Source: Rebecca billardiae RCC1528 (lineage: Eukaryota > Protista > Haptophyta). From it: a DNA stretch of 64,000 bases. Under the pieces are notes generated by a model. That model did no database searches. It saw only the letters and a list, made by a program, of their open reading frames with translations, and was not told where the DNA came from. Shown here one piece after another: positions 44,902 to 57,732 of the stretch (position 1 is its first letter; each line of letters begins with the position of its first letter). The stretch is from contig OZ251234.1 of NCBI GenBank assembly GCA_965240325.2, forward strand, positions 930,001 through 994,000, written 5' to 3'. The position numbers and the translations under genes are program-made.

Positions 44902-45760
44902 TCTACTACGCGACCCGGAGATCTCTCGTCCGCATGATTTAATTAATTAAATCAGTGTCGACAGTGATCGCCTGATCGGCGGCAACGCAGGCCGCATTGA
45001 GTTTAAAAATCCATTCTGATTTGTGGCGCACGGCCCCCGGCCCGAAAGCGGGCGAAAGGTCTGAGCGTGAGCGAAAGCCGGGGGGGGGGGGCGGCGCACG
45101 TGCTCTGCAAAATCAAAAAAGAGGATGCGCGCAGGATTTGGGGGATTTTTGTAGGTGGATTTAGGTGTGAAACCGCAGCATGGAGACCCCATATCGCTGG
45201 CTGACATGATTGCGTTTGTACTGCCCCTTAATCTTTGGATAGTAAGTAATAGAAGAAATCGGATGGAATCAAATAGGACGAAGTCATCTCTGATACCTTT
45301 CTGATAGTCAAGATTCGTGTGTTGAACTGACCATAAAAAGGTGAGATATCGAACTAATTCTCTGGATAGCTGTACACTCCTCAGATTCATCAAAGCGTGA
45401 CGCGATATGGTATTGCGCGGGTAGCTTGAATCGACGTTCCCGCGCGCCCTGGTATCATACGGTTATCAAGCTACTCTTGCTGATATACTTTTGTTCATAC
45501 ATCTACTGTAATACGACTTCAATGCGGGTGGCAATCCATTCTTGTGATTGCAAGAATGGATTGCCACCCGCATTGACGGGCCTGAAAATCTCGTCATGAG
45601 CATAAGAATTTCTACCGCTTCACGCACGACCCTTGATTCTCTCCCATTTAATACCGGCGCGTCCGGGAGAGCTTGACGAATATGAACGATAAAATTGAGC
45701 GGACAAATATTCATAATATCTCCCTTCATGATTAATACTATACCATGGTACGTGGCCTAG
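44902..45760 (+). mobile_element. Putative non-autonomous Helitron, internally deleted copy
   Basis: A|TCTACTAC start, CTAG|T end, low GC. Subterminal hairpin is weak. Confidence 0.4.
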
Positions 45761-46208
45761 TTGCGGCTCGTGACTCTCGTGAGTCGTGACTCGCAACGTG
45801 AGTCACGGACAGAGTGTGCCATCGCAGTCCGGTCATCAGCCTGTCCCTGATCTAAATTCTAATGCGGCGGCACAGTCTCACGGGCACGCGGTCACGGTGA
45901 CGGTCAGGGAGCCTGGTTTAATGGCGGAATGTTATTATAATAATAATTATATATATATATATTATGTGGCAATCAAATGCGGCCAGCCGGCCCGCGCCGG
46001 CGGCGGCACGCGGGGTTAGGCCGCGGTGGCCGTCGGTGGCACTGTAACTCAGCAGTCTGGACTCGGTCGCGGCGAGTCGGGGCGGTCCAGTAGGCGCGCC
46101 GGCACACGGCGGACAGTCGGACACGGCTGGACTTGGAGAGTGCGGTACTTACGTTTCGAAACGCGCCCGGTGCACCACGGCGTCGCCCACTCGATGGATC
46201 CTCACGGT

Positions 46209-48228
46209 TCACGACATGATGACGCTCTTGGCCCTCTGGATCTTCCCGCGCCTGCCTTTGAGGCGCGGTGATGCGCTGAGCATTCCCTTGCCGCCGAACA
46301 GGCGCGACTGGAGCAGCTTCCCAGAGTCACGTCGGCCGCCGAGCTGGGGGGCGCCCGGATCTGGCGCGCCCTCGAGCGTGTCAAGCTCTGCGTCCACCGC
46401 ACGTCCCTTTGCCTGGGTGAGCGCGAGGAGGTGATTCTTCGCGAGCGTCTCGGACTCCAGCTGCGCCTGGCACGCACCCATCATGCTCTTGAAGTAGTCG
46501 GACTGCGGGAAGTCGGCATCATCGAAGCCAAACGGGTTGGAGAGAATGGCTGCCGCAGCATGAGACGGAGAGGGCGCATCGCGTGTGGTCAGACGCAACC
46601 GCACCACCAGCGGCGCGTGCGCGCGCGCGCGCGCGCCTCGACGTCCCAGCCCGCGCCGTACGCGCTCGGCCACCCAGCCCATGCGCACTGGCGCACTCTG
46701 CGCGCGCGCTCGCGCGCACTGTGCAGATCCAGGCAGGCTTGGTAGAAGACGCTCCAGAGGAGCACTTGGAGGATGACAATGCCATACACAACCCACTCGC
46801 CTTGCTCATGAGCGGCAGCAAGATCAGCAGCAGACTCCATCGTGGCCGTGGCCATGGTGAACTTGACGATGAGAGTGAGAAGTGCCACGTAAGGCAGTGG
46901 CAATTGCACACCCACATACCTGGCGCCGTGCAGGGGCACAGACAGAGCCGCAGGTGAGCAGCCCGTGATCAGGCGCACGGATGGTGGCGGTCGAGACAGC
47001 ATGCATGAGCAGATTGCGCACACGACTGCTGTTGCACAGCACACGTCGCGGGAGCAACAGCACCAGCATGCCTGCACGTGCCCTTGGTTGCACGGCACGG
47101 CTCGGCTCGGCTGGCTAGTCCGCGGGAGCCCACGCCCGATGGCGCGACTGGGCGCACCCGCCTGGCAGGGACGTCGCGGCAGGGTCGCAGCGACGCAGGC
47201 GCGCACATGTGCGAGTCTCCAACCATACCCCGCAGCTTGAAGATCTGCTCGAGCAGCAGCTTGCGCTCGTAGTGCTTGCCTCCCCAGCGGCCGCCAGCCA
47301 TCTCTGCCGCCGAGTGGAAATGATAGAGGAGCCATCCCGCCACCGATTGCGCCTTGCGCGGCAGCGACTCGAGGATGGTGCGCTCTGCAGGCATCAGCAG
47401 CCCGGCGTCTTCCATCTGGGAGAGATCATTTTCACCGCGCGCCTCGGAGAAGGTGAGCATGAAGATGAGCAGGAGGTAGCGCAGCACGCTGCGTGGAATG
47501 GGCGCCGCATCATGGGGACAGAGTGCGCGTCAGGCAGGTCACGCGCGGCACGAGACGGCACGTGGGCGGGGTGACGCGCCGCTGGACGACACCATGGCGC
47601 GACGGTTCACAGACAGACTGGCGTGACCCGGAGCACACGGCATGCAGTGCATACGGTACCGTCTGCGCATGGCGCGCGCATGGGCATCAGTGCCAGCGAA
47701 GACGTGGCCCGCCATCGTGGAGATGTTACACACGTTGCCAAAGAGCGTCCCTACCACCTGCAGCCGCAGCGTGCTCCAGCGCGAGAGCACGAGGCTCACG
47801 AACAGGCCGAGGAAGAAGGCAGAGAGCCGATGGAGGTCGCCGACGAGCTCGGCAAGCTTCTCCTTGACGTCAAGCATATTCTCGAGCTCCACGGGGGAGT
47901 AGTGCACGATGAAGCCGAGCATGACGGCGATTCCCACCAGCACGAACGCCTGTACCCACAGGAACGGATTCTCCAACAAGGTGCCGCGCAGGATCACCGC
48001 AAAGCCAAGCTTGTGCACGCGGCCAATATCGTAGCGGCTCACATGCCCAGATGCCGAGAAGCGCACGAGCGCCTGCTCCTCGCCCCCGCACACGCCTCGA
48101 GTGTCGTCGTAGCAGGTGCGGCTGCTTCGCCCCAGCTTGTGCTCGGGCGAAGCAGGTGGCTTGCCTTGCGCGGACGAAGGAGCTCCGGGTGCTTCATTGC
48201 CCGGGGGTGGGCCAGTGCCTCCAGACAT
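46209..48228 (-). CDS. Bestrophin-family protein, 4 exons (copy 2)
   Basis: Same protein as 37205-39224. The differences I noticed are intronic. Confidence 0.85.
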
Positions 48229-48412
48229 TCTGGGACCCTCCACACCGCGACGGCCGCGGACACCGCCTACTTCACGGCAGAATTGCAAAGGTGGTCGCGC
48301 GATTGTTGGGGGCGCCACCCGGGTGGCGGCGGCGGCGAGGGGCCAGGCCGATGAGTATTATTATAATAATAGAACACGGCCCGCCATTGGTGTAAACTGC
48401 ATACGGTTGGAG

Positions 48413-49519
48413 CAAGGGAGGTCCGGGCCGGGAGCTCCCAGCGAGCGGCCAGCGCGACGTCACTGCAAAGTTTTCCCTGAGCGCCGGGCGGCGGCAGCGG
48501 CGAGGGCGAGTACTCCGCTGGCGGGGCGCGCACGGGGCACAGCGCTGCGGGCGCGGATGTGCCCGCAGAGCCGGCGCGCGCGGACGGACTGTTGCGGGAG
48601 AGCACTCGGCGCCCTCCTGCGCCGCGCGTCTTGCGCCACGCCTCTTTCGCCTCGGCTCAGGGCAGCGCGCACATGCGCGCCGCGTCAAGGCCAGCCTTGC
48701 CTGCGCCGCAGCCGACCGCGCGCGCGCCGTGCGCGGCGTGGTCGGGAAGGAACGTGCGCTGCCGCGGGGCGAGGTGGCGACACCATGCGCGCACGCCATG
48801 CCGCCCCGTGATGCCGCGAAAGGGCACGGCAATAGATCTGCACAGCTGTTGACGAGTGCTGATCACTTGTCGTGCCAAGCCACGGACCTGAGCTCGAAGA
48901 AGATGATGAAAGAGCATCAGCGCGAGGAAAGCGTCGCATCCAGCACCTCTACTTGACCATACGGTGATGAATATCCATGTAAGAGTAGCCCGCGCGCCCG
49001 TCTGGCACTGTTCTGCGTCTCAATGATCGTCCTGACAAGGGTCACGACCGCGAGGCCGTGCACACCATTTGTGACAAGTCAAAGAGGCATGCAAACGGAC
49101 CGACGACACGCTCGTCAAGGCGTGGCGGGGCGGCATGGCGTGCGCGCATGGTGTCGCCACCTCGCCCCGCGGCAGCGCCCGTTCCTTCCCGACCACGCCG
49201 CGCACGGCGCGCGCGCGGTCGGCTGCGGCGCAGGCAAGGCTGGCCTGGCCTTGACGCGGCGCGCATGTGCGCGCTGCCCTGAGCCGAGGCGAAAGAGGCG
49301 TGGCGCAAGACGCGCGGCGCAGGAGGGCGCCGAGTGCTCTCCCGCAACAGCCCGTCCGCGCGCGCCGGCTCTGCGGGCACATCCGCGCCCGCAGCGCTGT
49401 CGCGCCCCGCCAGCGGAGTACTCGCCCTCGCCGCTGCCGCCGCCCGGCGCTCAGGGAAAACTTTGCAGTATGATGTCGCGCTGGCCGCTCGCTGGGAGCT
49501 CCCGGCCCGACCTCCCTTG
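48413..49519. mobile_element. Foldback element of the CAAGGG family, 1107 bp (duplicate of 43112-44222)
   Basis: Near-identical to 43112-44222. Confidence 0.85.
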
Positions 49520-50198
49520 GCCACCCGATTCCAATCGCTACTACCAGTACAGTTTACTATGTTTTAACGTGCACACTTGGTTAAGGCGTGATTGACGCCA
49601 TCCAATGACACTGCACAAAGACACCGCCACAAAACAGACCGGCGCAGGCAGGTGAGGGGCGCGTTGCCGCACCTCATCGAGGTGGCCATTGCAGCAAGCG
49701 GCCGCCCCGCGCTCGGAGGCACGCGCTCGGGAGCGCGCTCTGACACCACACGGGGAGGGTGCTGCACCTGGATGTTGTATCCCAGCCACCTCGAGAGTGC
49801 AGCCGCGCCAAACACCTGCCTGCGCTGTGAGCGACGCCTAACGTCGACTGATCGAGCCCCAGCCGAAGGGAAGAACTGGAAGATGAAGGGTGGGCAGGTC
49901 CACATGCCCGGCGTAAACTGCGCGCTGCTCGCCTGCGGAGGCAAGCAGCGCACCCCCGCCGCCTTCGCAGCAGCGGGGGCGGGGGAAAGCGGCCCCTCTC
50001 GGCTGCCGCCAGCCCCTGTCTGCCCACCTACCCCGGTTGTGGCACAGAGCCTTCGCCTGCCCCGAACACAAACACCTTGTGAACAGGGTCAGGCGCGGCC
50101 CCACGCCCCATCGAGACGAGTGGGCCCGCGAAGAGCGCGTTTACTAAGAATAAGAGACGCACACAGCTCAGGCAGGCGAGATCTCAGTTTATTAATAA

Positions 50199-53009
50199 TC
50201 TACTACGCGACCCGGAGATCTCTCGTCCGCATGATTTAATTAATTAAATCAGTGTCGACAGTGATCGCCTGATCGGCGGCAACGCAGGCCGCATTGAGTT
50301 TAAAAATCCATTCTGATTTGTGGCGCACGGCCCCCGGCCCGAAAGCGGGCGAAAGGTCTGAGCGTGAGCGAAAGCCGGGGGGGGGGGGCGGCGCACGTGC
50401 TCTGCAAAATCAAAAAAGAGGATGCGCGCAGGATTTGGGGGATTTTTGTAGGTGGATTTAGGTGTGAAACCGCAGCATGGAGACCCCATATCGCTGGCTG
50501 ACATGATTGCGTTTGTACTGCCCCTTAATCTTTGGATAGTAAGTAATAGAAGAAATCGGATGGAATCAAATAGGACGAAGTCATCTCTGATACCTTTCTG
50601 ATAGTCAAGATTCGTGTGTTGAACTGACCATAAAAAGGTGAGATATCGAACTAATTCTCTGGATAGCTGTACACTCCTCAGATTCATCAAAGCGTGACGC
50701 GATATGGTATTGCGCGGGTAGCTTGAATCGACGTTCCCGCGCGCCCTGGTATTAGCCTGGTCCAAACGCACTGGAGCACTTTCGGGGATTTTATCGCCAA
50801 ATGAATGCGGGCCCCTAGGCGCGCGCTCACACCCGGAAACAGCGTAGCAAATGGGCCCAGCCCGGGCGGAGCAAAAGTTTCGGCCTAAAAATCGCATCCG
50901 CGGCCCGTCGTGAGCGTGCGCGCGCGCGCCGCGGACAACTACGGACACATAGAGAATCGTCAGTCTGAATGTGGGTAAGTACTTAGCCGAAATGAGCCCA
51001 AACGCACGAACTTACTTATTGGCGTACGTCGAGGCGAACATGAACCTTGGTACAGGCCATTAGGATGGGCTCTGGTCTGTGCGCAAGTGGCCGTACTCAA
51101 CTACTGCAAGATTGACTATATTACCCATTTGTACCCGCATAATATGGGAAATTTACCCGCATAAATATGCGTTCTGCGTCTGTGTAATTAAATGCCAGTA
51201 TGTCGTTACATATTCGCCATAGGTGGGTAGCTGTCCCAGGCTGCACGATTAGTGCGGCGCTCGGGGTGCAGTGGTCGGACGAGGCTCCGCCTGGCCTTCC
51301 GCGCACTCCTGCAGACAAGAAGAGGGCCGGACTCCCACCCGGCCAGGCGTGCGACAGTCGGTCAGGTGCTGGACCTGGTCTGGAGACCATCTCCTGCGTG
51401 GCGACTGGCCGATGTGCGGCACAACGCGCGCCGCCGTGAGCCACACGGCAGGTTCGCAACGGATCCGGATCGCGTGTCCATGGCGGCGTGCATCGAGTCA
51501 TTCAAGCTGTCAAGTCGCGTGCCACGCCCGCCCTTTCACTTGGGGCATCCGTACTGCCTACAACGACGACATGTGCGTCCTTAGACGAGGCATAATCGCG
51601 GTTCTAGCTGCTCGTCCAAGGGTCAGATCGCACGTCCTTGCTCGCCCGACAGCCTCAACGGCGGACTGATGTGATCCGCGGGTGACGATGCGACCGCTTC
51701 GAGTGCGCCTACGGCCACCACCGGGGTGGGGATCGTTCATGGGCACCCTCCGCGTGCCATGACATGCTCTGGCCGTGCGTGGTGACTTGACCCACCGCAC
51801 GTAAACGGGGAAGACACCCGAGCACGTGCTTCCGAGCCACCCGAATGGCACAATGTGCCACCCATGGACACCAAACACGTGCCAAAGCGCGAGCCTTGCG
51901 TGCTGGAGTAGCCGCACGACACCAAGGAAGACGTACGAGCGCTCTCAACCATCTTCAAGCGACGACTCCGTCGACTCTGCCTCGCAGACCGCGGTACGAT
52001 CCTCGACCTTGTGCTCGCAGCAAAGGCCACGACGGTAAAGCAGCACCCAGGGGATGGGAGTCAGCCGGCAGCCACTACAATGTAACTGTACATACCCAGC
52101 CCCGCAAGGCGAGCCGTCCTGATCGCCCCCAGCCCGTCATACAGCTCCACGAGAAGCACAAATCGACTGCCGCCGCCTTGGGCGACCCATGCGCAAACGT
52201 GACGGGACTGGCCGGATGAAGCGTTGGCGATGCGCAGCGCGCCCAACGCTGGTGGTGGCATCGAGTACATGCTAGGGGTAGGCGGTGCCCCATGCGAGCC
52301 GTCGCGTGCCGCGCATATTCCCGGAGGTGCCCCTTCTCGAAGGCGCAGCGCAACCCAGCAGCTGAGCGTTCGACGCGCGCCGTCGGGCGAGAAGTCGACC
52401 TGGCGACGGACCGCGGGCGGCGGAAGCAACGCAGACATGTCGCTTAAGGTGTGCACGCACACCGCCGGGGCACCCGAACGATGTGTCCAGCACTACACCT
52501 GACATGAGGCGGCGCAGTCGTCCAGTCGAGGCTCTCGAGCCCCTTCCGACCTCGTCGCGGCGAGCCGTCGGACGGCCGGTGGCGATTTTTGACGAGCGCG
52601 ACGAGCTGAGAGCGACGAGAAAAATCGGGAGAAATGAGGCGCCCAAAATCCGAAAAAGGCTTTTTCAGTGGCGAAAATCGGGATGGACCAGGCTACTGGT
52701 ATCATACGGTTATCAAGCTACTCTTGCTGATATACTTTTGTTCATACATCTACTGTAATACGACTTCAATGCGGGTGGCAATCCATTCTTGTGATTGCAA
52801 GAATGGATTGCCACCCGCATTGACGGGCCTGAAAATCTCGTCATGAGCATATAAGAATTTCTACCGCTTCACGCACGACCCTTGATTCTCTCCCATTTAA
52901 TACCGGCGCGTCCGGGAGAGCTTGACGAATATGAACGATAAAATTGAGCGGACAAATATTCATAATATCTCCCTTCATGATTAATACTATACCATGGTAC
53001 GTGGCCTAG
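50199..53009 (+). mobile_element. Putative non-autonomous Helitron, longer copy (2.8 kb)
   Basis: A|TC...CTAG|T ends, no TSD, no recognisable Rep/helicase ORF. Confidence 0.4.
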
Positions 53010-54687
53010 TTGCGGCTCGCGCATTTAGACGGGCGGGCAGCAGGCTCCGAACGAGGCGCAGAAAGCCGCCACTGCCCATGTAGGCCGCCGCCGCACGATC
53101 GTTCAATCCGACAGACTCAGCGCAGGTGCGCGCGGCTGCGGTGGGTCCCAACGGCCGTCGGCATCGCATTCGTGCCTCTTTCCCCCCTCGCGCCCCGCCC
53201 CGGTGCGGGTGCCGGACCCGCGTCCACGCGCGTCGGCGCGCCCGTCGCGCAGTTTAATTGTGCATCAAGCTCTTGGCGGCTGCTGCTGCAACTACGAGTC
53301 GCTCGCAGACGGCAGAGGTGACGCTGCTGGCGGCCAGAGGGCGATATACGATGCCGTGTCTTTGACTGGGCTGTGCCGACCCATTACGGCCACGCGCGCG
53401 GTGCGCGGCGTGTGAGCTAGTCTTGCTTGCGCCAGACGTAACTGCGACAGCCCTCTGCAGTCTGCATCGCCTTGCGAGGGCAGGGCGGGCGAAGATGTGG
53501 TGCAGGCTCGAGGCACACTCGCCCCGTGCCGTGTGTGACGTCCGTGGCTGCTGCATCGTCTGGGAGCGGCGAGCGCACGATCAGCTTGCAGCTGCCGGCA
53601 CTCGCGGGCGACGGCACTGTCTCGTGGTCAAACACAGCGCTCGGCGTGAGTGAGCAGCCCGCGGGAGCGGTGGCAGTGACCGAGCTGCGCCGCACCACCG
53701 GCCGCACGCGCGTGCGCCAGTTGGGTGGCGTCGTGGCCTCGCCTTTCAGCCGTTTCATCCGCCGCGCAGGCCGATTTTACGCTGTCAGCACCCATTTGTC
53801 GACGCGCTACGCGTCAGACGGCTGACGACTGCCGGGTGATCCGCCAGTGTCGGGCCGACGGGTGGTCCGCGGGAGCGCGCGCTTCGCCGTGGTGGCCTGG
53901 TATGGCCCCGGCGGCGGCTGGGCTGGCCAGGGGAGCGTAGACTGTACCAGGGCAGTGCCGCTAGGCGCATGCCAGCGCCGCCGCCGCTTTTCTGGCGCCT
54001 GATATTTTGCTCATAGTTGGCGATTGCCCGCGGGCCTGCTCCCGGCTGCGCGGTCGCCGGCCCGCGGTGTGATTCCAGTGAGCCCGGGCCCGCGTTTACT
54101 GTAACTAATCTGCGTATAACCCGACTGCTCAGCCGCATCACCCAGCGCAGCTTCGCCCGCGACGACGGCTTCGCCTGGCTACCAGCCTACCACTGCTCAT
54201 CAGCCGCGTGCCCGGCTTCGGCTCGGCGGGCGTCCGGTTCGGCCGAGCACGGCTGCAGCGCAGCACGCGAGACCTCGGCTGGAGCGGCCGGCTGTGACGC
54301 GGATGGCGGAGGTGGGCTTTGGGCTCGGGCTGCCCATGAGCCACCACGGGCTGTACCGTCTGCGCAGATCGCGCTTGCGGCCCGGCCGCAGCCCTCCTCG
54401 GAGCGGCGCGCCCGTCAGAGCTGAGACTGATCACGGGCAGGCGCACGAGCGACACTGCCGTGCGGCTGTGTCGAGCCGCCGCGTGTGCTCGCAGGCGCGG
54501 CGCTCGCATGGGCTCAACGCGGGCGCAGCGGGTGCGCGCAGCTGGCGCACGCAGCCACGCGCGGAACTCAGCTAGGGCCGTGCGCCCTCAATAACTTTGA
54601 CGCGTTGTTTACTACCCGAAGATCGGCGTAGCCGATCATAAATAATGATTAATGGGCGCATCCCCTGGCCCGAGTGAGTTACGACTA

Positions 54688-54735
54688 ATCTCGCCTGCCT
54701 GAGCTGTGTGCGTCTGGCTTATTCTTGGTCAACTG
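54688..54735 (-). repeat. Degenerate right TIR (CAGTTTACTAAGAATAAGAGACGCACACAGCTCAGG type)
   Basis: Reverse complement of 50139-50182. Further copies at 55994-56042 (-) and 56227-56260 (+). Confidence 0.7.
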
Positions 54736-54789
54736 TGACCGGGAGAGTTCGGACACTGCCGCGGCCTAGTCGGTACGGTAACTATATCG

Positions 54790-54822
<33 letters not shown>

Positions 54823-54874
54823 GTCATATCAATTTTATTATAAATAATGATACATTTGGCATGGGCCTCAGAGC

Positions 54875-55702
54875 TTATCCCGCGACGGATCCCAAAAGGA
54901 CGCCTCCCAACGCTCGACGCGCGGCTGCCGCGCCGGGCCGCTTTGCGGGATCGACGGTCAGCAGCCGGCGGCAGAAGCGTACGGACGCCGCGCTCGGCGC
55001 CGGAGGCGGCGCATCCGCCAGGTCCAGCACGCCCTGCGTGCTGTACGCAGTGAAGAAGCGGTCGCCAGCGTCGGCGCGCTCGAACGGGAACTGTCCGACG
55101 AACATTGCAAAGGCGCACACGCCGGCCGCCCACACGTCCGCCTTGAACGGGTCGTGCGGCAGCTTGGCGAGCACCTCGGGCGCGGCGTACTCCATCGTCG
55201 CGTACGCGGGGTAGTCCACGTGAACCTCGTTGATCGAGGCGCAGCCAAAGTCGATCAGCTTGATGAGGTTGGTGTCTGGGTCGAGCATCAGATTCTCGAG
55301 CTTGATGTCGCGGTGCGCGATCTTCTTGCTGTGCAGATACACGAGCGCGTCGAGCAGCTGGCCAGTGTACGTGAAGGCGACGCGCCGGCTCGGCTTGGTG
55401 TACTTGACGACATCCGAGACGCTGACGCGCAGCAGCACGGTGAGCATCCATTTGCTGTCCTCCTTCTCCACCAGCTCGATGAATTTGACGATGTTGCGGT
55501 GGCTCAGGTCCTTGATAACGATCTCTGCCGTGATGTCCACACCCGGAGCAAACTCCTTGGCTGCCACCACCTCGCCGTTGTGCCGCGTCATATACACCGA
55601 GGCAAAGTGGCCCGCCCCGAGCTTGCGCGATCGGACGTGCGACATCTCAGGCATCGTCAGCGTCGCCATCCCTCCAGTCGCGCACGAGGTGAAGGCTCCC
55701 AT
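54875..55702 (-). CDS. Ser/Thr protein kinase (CAMK-like), intronless
   Basis: LGAGHFASV, AAK, HRDIKLEN, DFG, YAAPE, DVW..G, DP.KRP. MGAFTS myristoylation-like start. Confidence 0.93.
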   Translation of the reverse strand: MGAFTSCATGGMATLTMPEMSHVRSRKLGAGHFASVYMTRHNGEVVAAKEFAPGVDITAEIVIKDLSHRNIVKFIELVEKEDSKWMLTVLLRVSVSDVVKYTKPSRRVAFTYTGQLLDALVYLHSKKIAHRDIKLENLMLDPDTNLIKLIDFGCASINEVHVDYPAYATMEYAAPEVLAKLPHDPFKADVWAAGVCAFAMFVGQFPFERADAGDRFFTAYSTQGVLDLADAPPPAPSAASVRFCRRLLTVDPAKRPGAAAARRALGGVLLGSVAG

Positions 55703-56322
55703 GGCGGCAGCGCCGCGGTGAATCTGATCGTCGGGCGTTAAGGGGCAACCCGAGAGTTCGAGTGGCCGACGAAGAACTTGCCGCAACCGTACTTGGCAAT
55801 ACCCGCCCTCTCCTATGGAATATGCGTAGGACCGTAATGTGAATCGTTAAACGTGAGTTTGATGAAAGCCCCAAGCCGAGCTGTCTGGTGCGTGCAAGTG
55901 ACGACACCGAGCCTGACCTCTAAGCCGTTTCTATGGGCTTTGGCGTAGAAGAAGTGAAGAACCCCCAAACTTAGATACAGGAAACGTCCTACTGCCTGCC
56001 TGATCATCTGAGCTGTGTGCGTCTCTTATTCTTAGTAAACTGTACTAACTCCAGGTTTGAATGTTGGATGACTCGACGACCGGACGACAGTCAGTGGTTT
56101 GAGGTTGGGTGAGGGTGGTGGTTGGTTGGGGGCTGGCCAGGGTAGGGCTGGAGGCTTCGGCCGCCAGCCTGATCACCCGGAGCCCGTTATAATAAAGGGG
56201 AATTAAAAAAAAAGTCCAGGTGGGTACAGTTTACTAAGCATAAGAGACGCACACAGCTCACCAAAGTGTGCAGGCGAGTAGCTCGAAAAAAACCGAAAGT
56301 CGAATAAAAGACGACACCGCCC

Positions 56323-57327
56323 TCATCCTGATAATCGCGCTGCGCCGAGCCTCGCGTCGGAGACCAGTAGCACGTCGTCGTCGGTGCCGAAGGTGTGCCA
56401 CGCCGCCTCCAGCTGCTCGCAGGGCACGCTGAGCAAGCTCGGTCCGGACGCAGGGTCGAGCACGCGATACGCGTCCCGCGCCGCGCTCAGGCCGACAACG
56501 AGCACGTAGTGGCCCTGGTAGCCGCGCCTTGAAGCGCCGCTGCCGCCGTTGCTGACCGCGGGGCGGCCGGATGTGCCGTCGACGCCGACGTGTGCGCCGC
56601 CGTGCGCGCGAGCATCGCCGTCGGCACAGCCCATGCCGCCAGCATCGGCGCCGCTCTCGATGTGCGCAATGTCGTCTGGCGCGTCCACCCACACGTCCTC
56701 GTGCCCCTCGTCGTTTGCGGCCTCAGCCGGCTTGCGCGCGCGCAGTGGCGGGGGCACGAGTGCCTGCAGTGTGCTCGAGAAGAGCTGCCGCGCGACGAAG
56801 GCGGAGGACGCGGCGGGCGCTGGGCTCGGCGGAGCGGGCGCGCTCGCGTTGCGCTCTGCGCCCGTGCCAGGCGCGGGCAGCAGCAGCCGATCGAGCAGCA
56901 CGATGGCGAGCGTGTGCCCGGCGAGGAGAGCTGCGTGCAGCTCGGCGCGAGACAGCATCGCCTGCTCGACGCGCGGACTGCCGGCACTGGCGGCCTGGTT
57001 GAAGAGCTGCTCCACGCGCGCCCGGTCGTCGCGCAACCGCGCGCTGTAGAAGCCCAGAGTCTCGTACTCCGGGTTGCACCCGATCTGCGATGTGTAGTAG
57101 CGCGTCGCCACGCCGTACGACTCGAGGAGGAACGCGAGGTCGATGGTCCACACGCTGCGCGTCGACGCCTGCTCGCGCAGGTGCGCGGCCGTGCACGGGA
57201 CATCGAGCGCGCGGAGGACCATCTCGACGCACGCCAGCCCGCAGTCCCAGTTGTAGCTCTGGCGCACGTGTGGTACGAGCACCGCCCCTCCATCGCGGAT
57301 TCCTACGTCGCGGGTGGGGGCCTCCAT
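56323..57327 (-). CDS. GUCD1: GUCD1 / plant guanylyl cyclase 1-like protein (peptidase C39-like fold)
   Basis: VPHVRQ.Y.WDCGLAC..M, S.WTIDLA.LL, YQGHY, DP, GTD.D. Confidence 0.88.
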   Translation of the reverse strand: MEAPTRDVGIRDGGAVLVPHVRQSYNWDCGLACVEMVLRALDVPCTAAHLREQASTRSVWTIDLAFLLESYGVATRYYTSQIGCNPEYETLGFYSARLRDDRARVEQLFNQAASAGSPRVEQAMLSRAELHAALLAGHTLAIVLLDRLLLPAPGTGAERNASAPAPPSPAPAASSAFVARQLFSSTLQALVPPPLRARKPAEAANDEGHEDVWVDAPDDIAHIESGADAGGMGCADGDARAHGGAHVGVDGTSGRPAVSNGGSGASRRGYQGHYVLVVGLSAARDAYRVLDPASGPSLLSVPCEQLEAAWHTFGTDDDVLLVSDARLGAARLSG

Positions 57328-57732
57328 CGCGGGTGATTCACTGATTCCTCCAAGCCGCTCCACAGCCAAGGGCCGTTCGCCCCTGATGAGTTCCGCCCAT
57401 TATCAACATTGATCAAGGCCGCCCGCTGTTGATCAGGACCGGAATACACCGAGCAGTCTTTCAACTTTGAACGGCCTTGGTCCGGATCCAGGGTTACTTT
57501 TGTACCGCCCCGGCGCCGGCCCCCGGCCGGGTACTGGGTTGCCTGGTCGACGGGTGCGCCGACTGCGCACTGACCACGCGGCCTTTGATACGGTTCAGGG
57601 CCACTGGTCGACACTCGACAGCGACCGTTGGTATTGCGCGATCGGCGGTCGGCGAGACAAATGGCGAGGACGCGCGCGCAAGGCGAGGAGGAGCGAGCTC
57701 GCGGCGGGGAGCGCGCGCTGCGCCCGCGCGCG

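Larger units (their letters stand above)
36759..53019 (+). repeat. Tandem segmental duplication (copy 1: 36759-45770; copy 2: 45767-53019)
   Basis: Near-identical blocks with CTCG microhomology at the junction. Copy 1 has a 3.7-kb insertion and a 1950-bp deletion relative to copy 2. Confidence 0.93.

Noticed and set aside
50750-54690. Transposase, Fanzor/TnpB or Rep-helicase coding remnants
   Set aside because: No DDE, RuvC, HUH or helicase motifs recognisable in any listed frame. A profile search would be needed to exclude highly decayed remnants.
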